Shown here one piece after another: positions 51,830 to 64,000 of a DNA stretch of 64,000 nucleotides. Source of the DNA: Antedon mediterranea (taxonomy: Eukaryota; Animalia; Echinodermata). The stretch's first letter is position 1. Every line of letters begins with the position of its first letter. Where the stretch lies: NCBI RefSeq assembly GCF_964355755.1, contig NC_092673.1:24797648-24861647 (forward strand). The letters run 5' to 3'. A program made the translations under genes and the position numbers. A model generated the notes under the pieces. That model searched no databases and was not told the DNA's origin. It saw nothing but the letters and a program-made list of their open reading frames with translations.

Positions 51830-52340
51830 GTAACTCTCCTTTGAGACACACCAAGGGACAATTCCCGTGAAACGAACGAGCAGCAATTAGTTTTAGTTTT
51901 GATGCTGTTCAGGGGACCACCTATTCAGGGGACCACCTATTCAGAGTAGGCAAACCACCTATTTAGGGGACCACCTATTCAGGGGACCACCTATTCAGGG
52001 TAGGCCAACTACCTATTCAGAGGACCACCTATTCAGGGGACACTTCCCGTGAAACGAACGAGTAGCAATTGTTTGGATACTGCAGGCAGACACCATCTAC
52101 TTAAGATACCACCTATTCAGCGGACACAGGGTACCAACTATTCAGGGTACCACATACGAGGAGCAATTTGATGTGTTGATACTGCAGACAACACCTATTC
52201 AGGTTAGGCCAACCACCAGGGGACCACCTATTCAGGGTAGGCCAACCACCAGCCTATTAAGGGATACTTTCCCGTGAAACAAACTTTCGAACGAGGCGAG
52301 CTATTAACACTACGGACAACTCCGTTTAAGGGGACATTAT
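51830..52340. repeat. 16-bp minisatellite (GGGGACCACCTATTCA) within a dispersed Tc1/mariner-like MITE family
   Basis: Repeated units 51908-52260; related fragments near 1430-1530, 37145, 47360-47500, 51197, 58510 and 60855-61095. Confidence 0.7.
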
Positions 52341-52555
52341 TAGTCCCGTATTATACTGTAACAACAATAGTTTCAAATGTTCTTCAGTATCTATTTGGTT
52401 CTTTGATACACAGCGTCACAACTATATCATAAACAATTATCATATTGTATTCAAGAATTGTCATATAAATGCTATTCTTTATACATTTAATATATATCGT
52501 TGCTATAACTATGACGCCTGGCCTCCTTCTTCTCTAAGGAAAAGTAAAATAATGA

Positions 52556-52580
52556 ATATATATATATATATATATATATA
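52556..52580. repeat. (TA)n microsatellite
   Basis: Direct reading. Confidence 0.9.
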
Positions 52581-53452
52581 CAAATACTATTGTTTTTCTT
52601 ATTAAAATATATTGTATCTTCTATAATAACTGGGACTGCGAACCAGTTAAAGAGCAACTCTGGGCTTACTTTCAATTTCTATAAAATATAATCATTTTCT
52701 GTCAAATATAATATTAATGACGGCGCTTAATCAAAAGCATTCATTCATTCTGTTTTTTTTAGGTATTCACTGTGAGATACCGTAATATCTAATTACTCTA
52801 TAGTATTCTCCGATATCTCTTGTTCACTTTGTTTGCTATCTTCAGCTTAATTACCGTGTGTATTTTAAAATATAATTGATGATAATAGCTGTATGTGGTC
52901 GTTTAAAGAGTAAATTGCTTTTACTATTACCATTAATTGCGCCATTTAAACATTGCTATTTTGATTCTTATTTCGCCTTACTTACTCTTATGCTAAATGA
53001 GTAATATAAAACACTCGAATTGGTTCTCATGTTTATGTTGATCACATCAGTGTCGGTTACATTACACTTGTAAATGTTTAACTAAGTAAATACAATTAAA
53101 ACAGTTTAGAATATAGAGTATCAAAGTGACTTTTGAATGAGAATTAAATTTTGAATTTGAATTGAATCAGTATCGTATCTGACATTATGTGATACACATG
53201 AGATGCTGTATTATGGAATTTTCCTATGATACTGTGTAATTACTATTATGGTATGTGGAGAGATACAGCACTCAGAATTGGGGAATGAATGATCATCATT
53301 GTGGTGTGTCAGGAATATATGGATACCGTAAGAATCATTGATTAATTTGCAGCTATCAATCGGTAGGTAAATAATAAATAAAGATTATTTCGCCTGAGGA
53401 TGTCGCATCGTATAAATGCACATCTCTAAGCATACAATGTCAATAATCACTT

Positions 53453-53613
53453 CGCATGGTTCCCACTGTTATATGCAATACATGCCAAATGCACACGCGT
53501 AATCTGGCCAATCACAAGCGGCGTTCGGGTGATCCATCGCGTCGTGATTGGTTAAATTGTACTTGTTGTGCGCCCACGTCCTTGCATTGCGTCTAAGTGA
53601 ACTATAGGCTTTA
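53453..53613. mobile_element. Degenerate copy of the 26999 MITE family
   Basis: GCATGGTTCCCACT start, CCAATCACAAGCG, GTGATTGGTTAA, ACGTCCTTGC. Confidence 0.6.
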
Positions 53614-54158
53614 GGAAAAGGTGTCTTGATTGCATTTTTCATCGCTAATTTATCTGTTGCTGCTGCTAAGTACATTTCAACAAGATCAATCTGAAATGAA
53701 TATATCGTCAATTTGTCTTGATACACAAACTCAAATATAAATCATCAGCAATGAATGTTATTTTTTTCTAGACTTACGTCACTTTTCCGAAACTCACCCC
53801 GCGGTTTCCTTTGATACTATCGGGATGATGAGTAAATTATATCCGCAGGATTTGTATAGCAACGCAGACAATCTTCCATAGAGCTTTAGATCTACTAAGT
53901 AATTACGGTTAGGCCAAGTAATCCGGATTTTAAGAACAAGGTTACATCGCCTGTGCACTTGGCTGTTGATGACAATTTTATATCGTAGTAACGAAGGATC
54001 ATGTGCTGTTGCTGATTTCTATGCAAATGATTAACAATAATTACGAAAGAAATTCGGTAAATTTGGGGTAAATTTAGACATGGATTGCAGCCACGATAGA
54101 TGAAGAGCAGTTGGGAAGGGATCGTGAGGCATGTTTGCAGTCGTTTAATAAACGTTTA

Positions 54159-54595
54159 CCGTAAATCTTCTAATTGTAACCCTGGGTTATTATTCTTTGA
54201 TTGTTTTTTAGGGTGAGTTACTATTAGAACCGGGGTTACTATTAGAGTAGTCGGTTACTATTACTAATCTTAAATTAGGCATCTGAAAATAGTAATCCAC
54301 ACCCAACTTTCCCTGTCAGCAACTCATAGCAAAATAATAAAACAGTACGAATAAACAAATTTGGTTGAACTCTAACTTTATTTTAAAACTCAAAACTCAA
54401 AAACAATCAATCCTCCCCCACTCCCGAGATCAACATGCATTTCTCCTTATTTTCAAAATACAGCTGCATCATAAGTTTTGGTGACTCTATAATAGTAACT
54501 CCCATGGGTTACTATTAGAGTAGGGGTTATTATTATAGATTGACTTATAAGGTGGGTTACTATTAGAGTGTGGGTTACTATTAGAAGATAAACGG
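54159..54595. mobile_element. Tc2/pogo-like MITE (437 bp) with TA TSD
   Basis: TA|CCGTAAATCTTCTAATTGTAACC ... GGTTACTATTAGAAGATAAACGG|TA. Confidence 0.82.
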
Positions 54596-55937
54596 TACTG
54601 AGATGGAACTTCGATTTAATTCAGTATACTTCATTTTGAAATATACCCCCTCACTCATCCCGCCATATTTTAAAATTCCTGGTCTGGTTAGTCAATACGA
54701 AAACAAGAAAAGGACAAATAGGCGCATTACCGAATATTTTGAATATACAATAGGAGAATAGTTTTACGAATAATTTCGACCGATTGCCTATAGACAGGAT
54801 GTGAATATCTAGAACATATGCCACTGTTGTAGTCACTGTGGGCTTGTTTGAAAGTGCTTACAATTCAACTGCTAATTTGTATACGAATCAAATAAAAACA
54901 TAGCCTTAGAAAATATTGAAGATGAAATAGAAATTTAAGATTAATTACATCTGAGCCTTGAAGGAAAGTTTACTCAATGGCTCTTACACTAGTGAACTGG
55001 ATCTGTCTATCATATAGGAATGTCACTGTTTTTGTCCAATTACATCCATGTTCATAGGACAGTCACCCCTGTGTCACTTGAAACGTGAAACAAACGGGGA
55101 AACATTATTTTTGAAACACTATGCGACCAAACCCATATTTAGGGGATACCTTTAGCGAAAGTGTCTTCTTAATTCGGATCTAACGTATGATAGATCCTAG
55201 ACTTGCCCCAAGTGTCAGTCTGTAGTTATTTCGAGGCTTTTCGATGTTTGTCTGAAATACAAGCTCAAATAGTATACGTATGAAACGCCGTATGTGTCAA
55301 AATATTTATCTTTTACCAATATTAAGTTAAAACTCCGTCTGGAACACAGACTAAATAGATAGAACCCTGCGTCTCTGTGTTTCCTAGTATAAGATCTGCT
55401 TAAACTATCTGTCTGAAACGAAAAATTAATTTTATTATCGACATTTCGTCGTCGAACCTCATTTCATTACAATTATATAATTAGCTCCCATGATTTTAAA
55501 GCGTGCATTTCAATATCCACGTTGGTCATTAGTGGTTTTGAAGACAAAATTTCTCGTTATGTTCGCTAATTTCATTTAAGACGTGATTATTCGTATATCG
55601 TATAATTGCTGTGGGGTGGAGTAGTGAAAGTTGTTTTAATCTGTCTACTGACTTTGTGACAGAAAAGTATACACGTAGGCCTACTTCGTGTATATGATGT
55701 ACCGTATACATTATTATACTAAGTAGTAAAGTGTGACGGGAGGTGAATGATGGGACTGCTGCGATCACACGGATGTTACACACAAAGGTACTATAATAGC
55801 GTCAGTAAATATAATTATTTGTATATATATTCGTAAAGTCACTCGAAAATCAATTCAGTATAAGCATAGAGAAATTATTTATTCCAAATAATTCCTTATA
55901 ATTTAATGAAATAAGATCTCTAATCAAACTGTTGTAG

Positions 55938-56053
55938 AGCTCTGTCACACTATCAATCAACCCATGGTAGTGATATGCCCAAAAATGGTAGTGGTATGAC
56001 ATATATAGGCACATAACACTTTTTTGTCAATATAAAGTTTGATAGTGTAGATA
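55938..56053. mobile_element. Short MITE, 21-bp-repeat family
   Basis: AGCTCTGTCACACTATCAA ... TTTGATAGTGTAGA. Confidence 0.7.
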
Positions 56054-56353
56054 AGGGGTAAGAGAAGTCCGAGAAAGGATAAATAAATTGCAATTGCGTG
56101 CTGTGATATGAACACATACAAATGCAACACCTTCAATAAAGCACAATATATCAAGTAGGTAATACTCTTGGTACCAGGTATATGACCTAGATTATTGCAA
56201 ACCGTTGTATTTTATTGATTGTATGGAATAATAATAGTAAAAATCCAATCTAATGATTAATGACCAGCTGCGTAAATTGTTTAGCAATTTGGTATTTATA
56301 TGAATATAACACAGCGAACTGCGCCGAACAAGTACGCAAAGATTGGGTTATAA

Positions 56354-57091
56354 AGCTACACTACACTATCAACTATTTTGACAAAAAAAGTGTGATGTGC
56401 CCAAATATGGTGGCGATATGCCCAAATATGGTGGCGATATGCCCAAATATGGTGGCGATATGCCCAAATATGGTGGCGATATGCCCAAATATTTATTTCT
56501 GGTTTTATTCATTCTACTCATTTCAATATAAACATTGAATTGAGAGTAAATTACATATACAAATGCACAATAATAAAAAACAGTTAAAAACATTAAAATC
56601 TCTAAACATCAGTTAAAAACATTAAAATCTCTGAACTTCAATAAGTCAAAGATTATTATTATTATTATATTATTATAAGATTATTATAGATTAAGAAGAT
56701 TATACAATCAGATCAAAAAATCGTAGCAAAAAACTATAAAGCTTTAGACAAAACAGGACGTTACTATTTGCTAAAACATTAAAATCGACATTGTGATAGC
56801 ATATTGTTCTGATTAAAATTGTTAAAATTCATTTTTCTATTATTATTACTACTATTATTATCACATTGACAGGACAGGCATATTCTGTTATAGGCCTAAT
56901 ATGACTCATATCAATTTGTTTACGGTGGTTATATGGAATACTAAATTTCTTTAAGCATGAAAGCATGTATACATTTTTACCTACCCTACTAGCAATATAA
57001 AGATAGTAGCGATATGATATCATCATGTCCATTTATGGGCATATTACATTTTGTTGTTGTCACATAAAGTTTGATAGTGTAGACATGAGCT
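56354..57091. mobile_element. 21-bp-repeat MITE apparently split by ~510 bp of other sequence
   Basis: Left half CTACACTATCAA plus (TGCCCAAATATGGTGGCGATA)x4 to ~56491; right half resumes ~57001 and ends TTTGATAGTGTAGACATGAGCT. Confidence 0.62.
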
Positions 57092-57962
57092 TGAGAGTAC
57101 GACGATTAGAGTAATGCGCAGATATTACCGTATTCTTACGCTTTCTCGTCACATATCATGACTGATGCGAACATTACGGTACATTGAAATGCCTATCGGC
57201 CTTTTTAGGGAATGCAACGTAAAATTTGTTGTGGAAGTTATTTATGATGCTATTACCGCCGTACAGTCGAAAACGTTTAAGTAAAATATTGACTCCTACG
57301 GCTATGCACCAGACGGATAAATTGCAAATGGCTATACTTTACACTGTTTGTGTTAGTTTTAGGTCTTAAGATCATATTTATTATTCTAATTATTGTAAGT
57401 ATGTTTCCGCAGGTTGATAAGTTAGGGCAATATTTGATTTAGTCCAGATATTAGTACATCTAAGGAGTTGCTAAGTACTTAACTTACGTTTAATTAGATT
57501 TCTAAAGTAAGTTAGCCAGTTTAAAGAGTGTAATAAATCGATTTAACGACGTACTGTATTTCTACAACCGATCATCATTGCTTTTCAGAATTTGGCGGTT
57601 GAAAAAGTTAGTCCAATAGCTTTTGAGATGAGAAAATGAATGTAATGTATAACACCCCGGAGCACAGATGTTGATGCGAATAGTGCTAATAATATAAGAC
57701 GAATAATATGATTAACATCGGAAATAAACCAGCCATGACAGATTACCACACAATTTCAACCAATTGTCAATTAAGAAAAAAAGAAACACATCTTGATGAA
57801 TAATGTTCAATTCTGTAAGCTGATAAAACGTAATTAGTTCGCTTGAACATCATAGGCGGAGAAGATTAGTCCATCTATCAAACATCATGTAATTTCTCTA
57901 GCATCAACAATCGACTGCACTCTTATGTCTTGTTATTTAATTATCTAACTTAGTAACGCATA

Positions 57963-58198
57963 TAATAACAGTTTCTAATCAAGATGAGAATTTATAAAAG
58001 TGTGATATTGATTGAGGAAAAGTTGAAGACGACCTTTGTCTGTCCGAGGTTTTTTTTAGTGTAATTATATTAACGAATGTAATAACAGTTTCTAAAATCA
58101 CAGATGAGAATTCCATTTTATAAAAATGTTATATTGATTGAGGAAAAGTTTAAGATGACCTTTGTCTGTCCGAGGTTTTTTTTTAATGTGATTATATT
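57963..58198. repeat. ~120-bp tandem duplication
   Basis: TAATAACAGTTTCTAA..GATATTGATTGAGGAAAAGTT..GACCTTTGTCTGTCCGAGGTTTTTTT x2. Confidence 0.88.
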
Positions 58199-60091
58199 CA
58201 CATTTAATTCGAGGGCATATATAATAACTATTGCTTTAACAGATTTTATACAATATCTTTATATCAATTATTAAAACCATCAATCGTCATTTTACTAAGG
58301 TTTCAATTCGTACAGCAATATAGGTAACTGATAAATATTTATTAGGCCATACTAACAGTACTATATTATAGTACAATGGACCCCCATACTCGTGAAGAAA
58401 ACGCGGGTCAATATATACAAATGAGGAGTTCTCTAGAATGATCATGGGGGGAAAACGAGCGTAGTTCTCAAAGTCCCACTGTTTAAGGTATTTTTTTTTA
58501 CTATACGGCTAGCCCCTATTCAGATAAAACCTCTATCAAGGGGCCACCTCTAAAGATAAACTTGTTATCACACTGAATAATGTATATTCACAGTACATTT
58601 TTTTCTATTATAGATATGCGTATTTCATTTCATGCGCTGTTAATTGTCGGGTTGATGACGTTTTGTAATTTCATTCAACTGATTTTTGTAAATGTATGCT
58701 TTCTCTGACGTGTGAAATCAGTATTTGTAATATTGAGATCAGTCAGTGTTTATCACACTAAACTCCTATTCAAAGGCCAAACACTAGGTGTCCTCATAAC
58801 TTACGTGTCCCTATAAAAGGGCTTACCAGGTTTGTTTTTTTACTGAATAACGATTGGTGTTTCCGGGTTGATTGTATAAAACAGGAACAAGCATTAAAAA
58901 ATTAAGATATATATTTCCTTCCAAAATCACTAATGTCACAAACAAATTTATCAATTTAATTCCACATGAACTCTATTCCTTCAACTTTTCGCCTTCGTAT
59001 CTAATAATAACATCTACCTTGTTTGTTAATTTACTGTTAAATGTCGTACCGTAGGAAATGAATGTTCATCCTACAGCCTGAGAGATCATTGAAACCAGCA
59101 GTTACTATAGGGCATGGCTAGGGACTTTGAAGGTGTTCATAATTCAATTCAATATAGCTTTATTTCTTCCTCATGGGGAAATTACTTCTGTAGTCTAGTT
59201 TGAGGTGTTTTGGATTGGCCGTGTTCTCTCCCGAGGCTATTTTTCCACAATTTGTCTTCTTTTATAGGAGGAAGTGCGCAGCGGTTTTTAATGGCTTGTT
59301 TAGCAATACCTCTGTACGATTTACCATAATAAATTGACTCTCTGCCACGGGTGTTAATTAGATAATATAGATATATAAACACCTGTCAAAATATATTTAG
59401 GCTATACTTTGTAATCTGGATTGATAACAATACACAGGCACACTGTAAGTATATGCCATGCGTGCCAAAATATATACCTTTTTTCAATAGTAAGTTGAAT
59501 AGCCGTCTAGAACTTATTTATTCAGATTTAAGAAACCAATACTATAATTCTTAATGATAAATTAAAAAAAAATATTCGAAATGCTTGTATATACAGTATT
59601 CGTCACACATTAAGTAATAATAATAATACTTTAATAGAAAACGGTAGATGAATCAAGCATGGTAAATCAATAATTGATGGGCCATGAAGACATGATGGAC
59701 CAGTCACTCTTCTCAAATTTAACCTAATTAGGCCCTTCTGTATTCCGTTAGTTAAGATATTATTTAAAAAATATCACCCACATTGTAATAGCGTTATCAA
59801 TTACCAATGAATATGATTATTCGATTATTAATTTAAATGGTCAACCTGAAATCAAATTGTTATTTAATTATACTCAGACAATTCTAACTAATCTTTTGAA
59901 AGTTTTCCGCTTAATTGTACTATGAACTGTGGTGAAATACAAGAGCGAACACGAACTCACTATATGGCCACCACTGAATTGGCGACTTTTTCCTTTTCAA
60001 TTAGCAGAAACCAGGGCAGACTGAAATTAGACTTTACAATTACACTGAAATTTCACTCTTTTCTCACAGAAACATATTTAAAAGAGTCTAA

Positions 60092-60273
60092 AGACCAATT
60101 TACACAGACGAGCGGTAATAGTATGGTTATATAGATACAGAATCTATGACCATTTTACACACAACGTGTAGCGGACGGGCGATTTCCACTCAAAATAGAT
60201 GCAGATTCTACGTGAAACAAGCTACGCGGTTTTCCGCTTAACGTTACCGGTCGTCTGCTGTGTAGATTGGCCT
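60092..60273. mobile_element. PIF/Harbinger MITE with TAA TSD
   Basis: TAA|AGACCAATTTACACAG ... CTGTGTAGATTGGCCT|TAA. Confidence 0.8.
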
Positions 60274-62104
60274 TAAAGATAATACAGTAGGCCTACTATT
60301 TAGTAAATCACGTAATGTTCAATATTTCTTTGTGAAGAACTGAGCGTTTCGTTGTGTAGAACCAAAAATTTAAATGTTAAAATATTGCAAACTTACCTCG
60401 TTTGTACGTCTGTCATCAGTTCCGTATGAATAATTATATTATACAGCCTCAAACCAAAAAGTTGTCCTAGAATATCTCATTCAGGCGTATAATAGAAAGC
60501 TATAACGTTATTTTCTTCGTATGTGTATTGTCTGTACGATGAAATACAAATAACTTGTAACCAGACAGCATTGGAGTGTCATACAATTTAACGCACAACT
60601 TCTGCGCTCTGATTGGTTGACGTTAGTGTTTTTACATACTTAATTTCTCACTGATACGGTAATATTTTACAATACTGAAAGTCATTAAATGGATGAGAGA
60701 TGATAAACCTTAGATAACTAACTGGCGTATAGTAAGTTGAACCTGCCGTGTCATCATACAACGAGTTTACAATTGAATATTCACAATTGACACAAATAAT
60801 GCTCATTAGAATGAACTTAAATCAATTATTATTAAGAATTAAACAATATTTTCTCCTCGTTCGTTTCACAAGAAAGTGTTCTTTTAGGAGTGTCCCAATC
60901 TGTTCTATTCTATGGTAGAAGAACACGTGTGAGAAAGTTTGGATGGGAGGGGGCCGGAGGAAACTTTTTGTGACCCAACGAAGTGTTCCCTTGTGAGGTG
61001 ACTCCTAAATTGGTCGTGTAGTGTACTTCTTCCTTGGTTAGTTTCAAAGAACAGTATAATAATCAGTAGGGGTGTCCCAAAGGAGAGGTATACGGTGCTG
61101 TTTAAGATACTGTAATAAATCATCTAACATGTACCACGACTGAGTTCGGCAAATACGTGATCAAGTTGAATCATAATTGTAGATTATAGCTCAGAGCATA
61201 AGTCTGGTTACTTGTTCCTAAATTTCGCGTTCATTTTCAGCCGCCCAACCCAACAGTCTAAGGAATATAATTGCCGGTTCGACTTAAAACATTCATTAAT
61301 TATTTTCTAAATTGTAAGCAAGTTTAACCAAAACGAAATTAATTGTATTAATGTTTATCGATACATGATTTAAGAATTAATAACTGACGCTAATAAATGT
61401 ACGGAACGTTGAAAGGTTCTAAATTAATGAAAAATTAATTTCTGTATATTACAGTTAGGGATGATACTAATAGTTTGTATAACTACAGTAGTAAATATGT
61501 ATAACACATAATTTAATATTGTCTCCATGCTTTCAGTGACGTACATAACCTACCACAAGATAAAGAATAGTTGGGAGTTGTTGTTTATAAAGGGGCAGAA
61601 CCTAAATTCATTTTCATGTTAAAAGTTTGGCAAGATATAAGAGAGAATCGTTACCACAGTAGGAGATAAAGATGCCATCCGATTATTAGTGCTGTATCTC
61701 CACATATGACAATATTTCTCCAGAGGCCTATCATAGAAATACTCCGTAATTCGGCATGTGTATCACACATGTGGTGCCCTTTGTCATGGTACCGAATCGG
61801 CTGGACGTGTAGTCTTCCTTGGCTGGTTTTACACAATATTGTTTTAAGTTTCCAGGTATGCCATGTCAGTAAATAATGCTAAGAACGACCCAGTATATGC
61901 ATATGTTACAATCTCAATCTTCTTTATTGGAAGCGTGCGTGCTGCAGCAACCAGTTGGGTAACTCATGGAGAAATAAATAATGTCTCCATGGTACAGTTC
62001 TTACTACTAATGGCATATATGCACTTTCAAATAAAACATGTACCACTGCTTTTCTTGATGTTAACTCCTCAATCACAATGCTTCTCCCCTATGGGGATCA
62101 CGTC

Positions 62105-62215
62105 ATGTGGCTGTGTAAAGCTAGTACATCCTACCGGGGTAACCCCCTACTCGTCTCGAATGGTGTACTGGTTCTTTAACGTGCACATGATAATGTTGTG
62201 TACACTGGACCAAGT
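62105..62215 (-). mobile_element. Second Deu/Nin-type SINE fragment
   Basis: ACCGGGGTAACCCCCTACTC..GGTTCTTTAACGTGCAC..TGTGTACACTGGACC homologous to 47708-47784. Confidence 0.62.
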
Positions 62216-63265
62216 CAATCTAGATTGTCTTGACTGGACCCACGGTAATAATCCGATAAGAATTGCTCTACCACAAGAACCATGGAACAAGTGAGCCTCA
62301 AACCCTTGCCATAAGGCTTTATAAATGGATATTTCCCCGCATTTGTTTCCTTAATAATGGTACGTACATTATTAATTAGTTAAATGAATAGAGTTTATAG
62401 TACACATTTATCTGTAGACCATGGTCTAGTCAGTTTTATGACTTGAAGAATGGGGCTTATACTACCTTTCACTCTTCTCTGACCTACATTATGTCTTTAT
62501 CCAGAGAAATGAATGTCGTCATAGTGTACCATCTATTACGCTATGACATTCAAAATACACACGTGAATAAATGCAATATAATTTAGGTTAAGATCGATTG
62601 TTAAGTTTACATTTATATATTTCAAAACGTTATAAATAATAACCAAACCCTGCTGGAAATGTCATGGAATATAGACATAGGACAATTATATTATTCAAAG
62701 GTAAAAAATAATGATATAATGTTCACATACGTTACGTGTAATGAGGTGCGTTCAAAAGTTGTTATTAAGTTGCTAGGCCAGGCGATTAATTGATTCTTTA
62801 CTCTAAGCCTCCGGCTTTGGAAAATATATTGAAAAGTCTCTAAGCTCGGCAAGTCGTATATCAAATTAGCCATGAACACTAGATTCGTAAGCAATATTGA
62901 TAAACAAATGTAGGCCCTACTAAACATTACATTTACGTAGCAAGTTAAAGATCGTAGTAAGTAAACCGCTCGTTAGTTTAACTTCTTTATTTAAAATATC
63001 GTTGACAGGCGAAGATAATAAACAAAGCAACGAACATTTTTTTCCCTTGATTCAATAAAATTAACCAAAAAATATGAGGGAGGGGGGGGGGGGGGAGGCG
63101 CCGTTTCAACATCATACATGTATATAGTATCTTTTTTTGTATAATAAAGTGTCTTTGAAATATAAATTATGCGAAAGAAAATTTAAAAAAGATATATTAG
63201 GGGACGCTTAGGTCATGGGGTTAGGAGGTGAGCATCTTGGGAAGGTGGAACGAAAGCGTACATAC

Positions 63266-64000
63266 TTTTTAGTCGCGTGGAAGCGACTCTATAGTTCACT
63301 AAGTCGGTCGGTCGGTCGGTCTGTCTGTCTGTCTGTCTGTCTGTCGGTCTGTCTGTCTGTCGGTCTGTCTGTCGGTCTGTCTGTCGGTCTGTCTGTCTGT
63401 CTGTCGGTCCGGTATCACTATGCGTTTTATCGCTTTCTGACCTTATCTTGATATCAGTTTAATCTAGCTAGGTCAATTTTTCACAGTATATTCCTTATGG
63501 CCAGGAATCAATGTGGTTATGTTTTCACGGTGCGCAATAAAAAATTACGCGGTCTACGCACGATTTAACGAAATCACGTTTGTAATCATATCTTCACAAC
63601 CATGAATCACAATTAAATAGAATTTGGTACTCATAAATTTCAGGGCATAAAATATCATCATATGGCAATACAATTACGTGCGTAGCGCATGTAACGCATG
63701 CGTACGCGCGCTTAACATTTTCAAAATTTATTTTCGATGAAATAAGAGTACATTTCAGGCAATTTTAAGCGTTTACAAAATTGCCATGAGTGCGCATATT
63801 TTTGCGCGCGCACTGCGCGTTAAATGTTATTGCGCACTCTTTTTGCCCGATTTCTGTTTTCTTGACTTACTTTTCAACTCGAAATTACGTTATACGAGCA
63901 CGTCGAAATTGACAGGCTACGCACGTGTAAATTAAAAAAATATAACTGTTTTTAAACATTTCAACATTTTTAAACATGTTCAGTAATTTCGGTCAGTTGG
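63266..64000 (+). mobile_element. DINE-1/HINE-like (Helentron-associated) non-autonomous element, probably running off the window
   Basis: T-run, short hairpin AGTCGCGTGGAAGCGACT, then (GTCG/GTCT)n microsatellite ~63303-63410; 3' boundary not determined. Confidence 0.6.

Noticed and set aside
60395-60430. Hammerhead ribozyme core (minus-strand CTGATGA)
   Set aside because: The required GAAA and flanking helices are absent.
61863-62294. 143-aa ORF
   Set aside because: No recognisable domain and it reads through a SINE remnant.
63215-63451. ORF with SVCL repeats
   Set aside because: Translation of the GTCT/GTCG microsatellite.

Overview
AT-rich animal (invertebrate; echinoderm-like is only an inference) genomic DNA with spliceosomal introns. 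The first 21 kb are nested transposons. A ~19.5 kb CMC/EnSpm-type element (1561-21037; CACAG..CTGTG ends, 2-bp TG target duplication, long subterminal arrays) carries two divergent decayed genes: a zinc-finger transposase remnant and a SAMD3-like ORF2. Its transposase exon is split by a 12 kb non-coding foldback element (3966-15958, 9-bp TSD). The foldback is a giant spacer-less palindrome built of ~60 copies of a ~195-bp monomer that is itself a hairpin. Downstream lie an intronless 5-HT7-like serotonin receptor (minus) and an apparently intact 16-exon gene (plus, ~768 aa) with 8 tandemly duplicated phase-2 coiled-coil exons, a CxxC motif and an atypical shortened kinase domain. An intronless orphan class A GPCR (minus) follows, then ~25 kb of non-coding DNA with MITEs (Harbinger-, hAT-, Tc2-, MULE-like), Deu/Nin-type SINE remnants and a DINE-1/HINE-like element. 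All calls were made by eye; no database searches were run.
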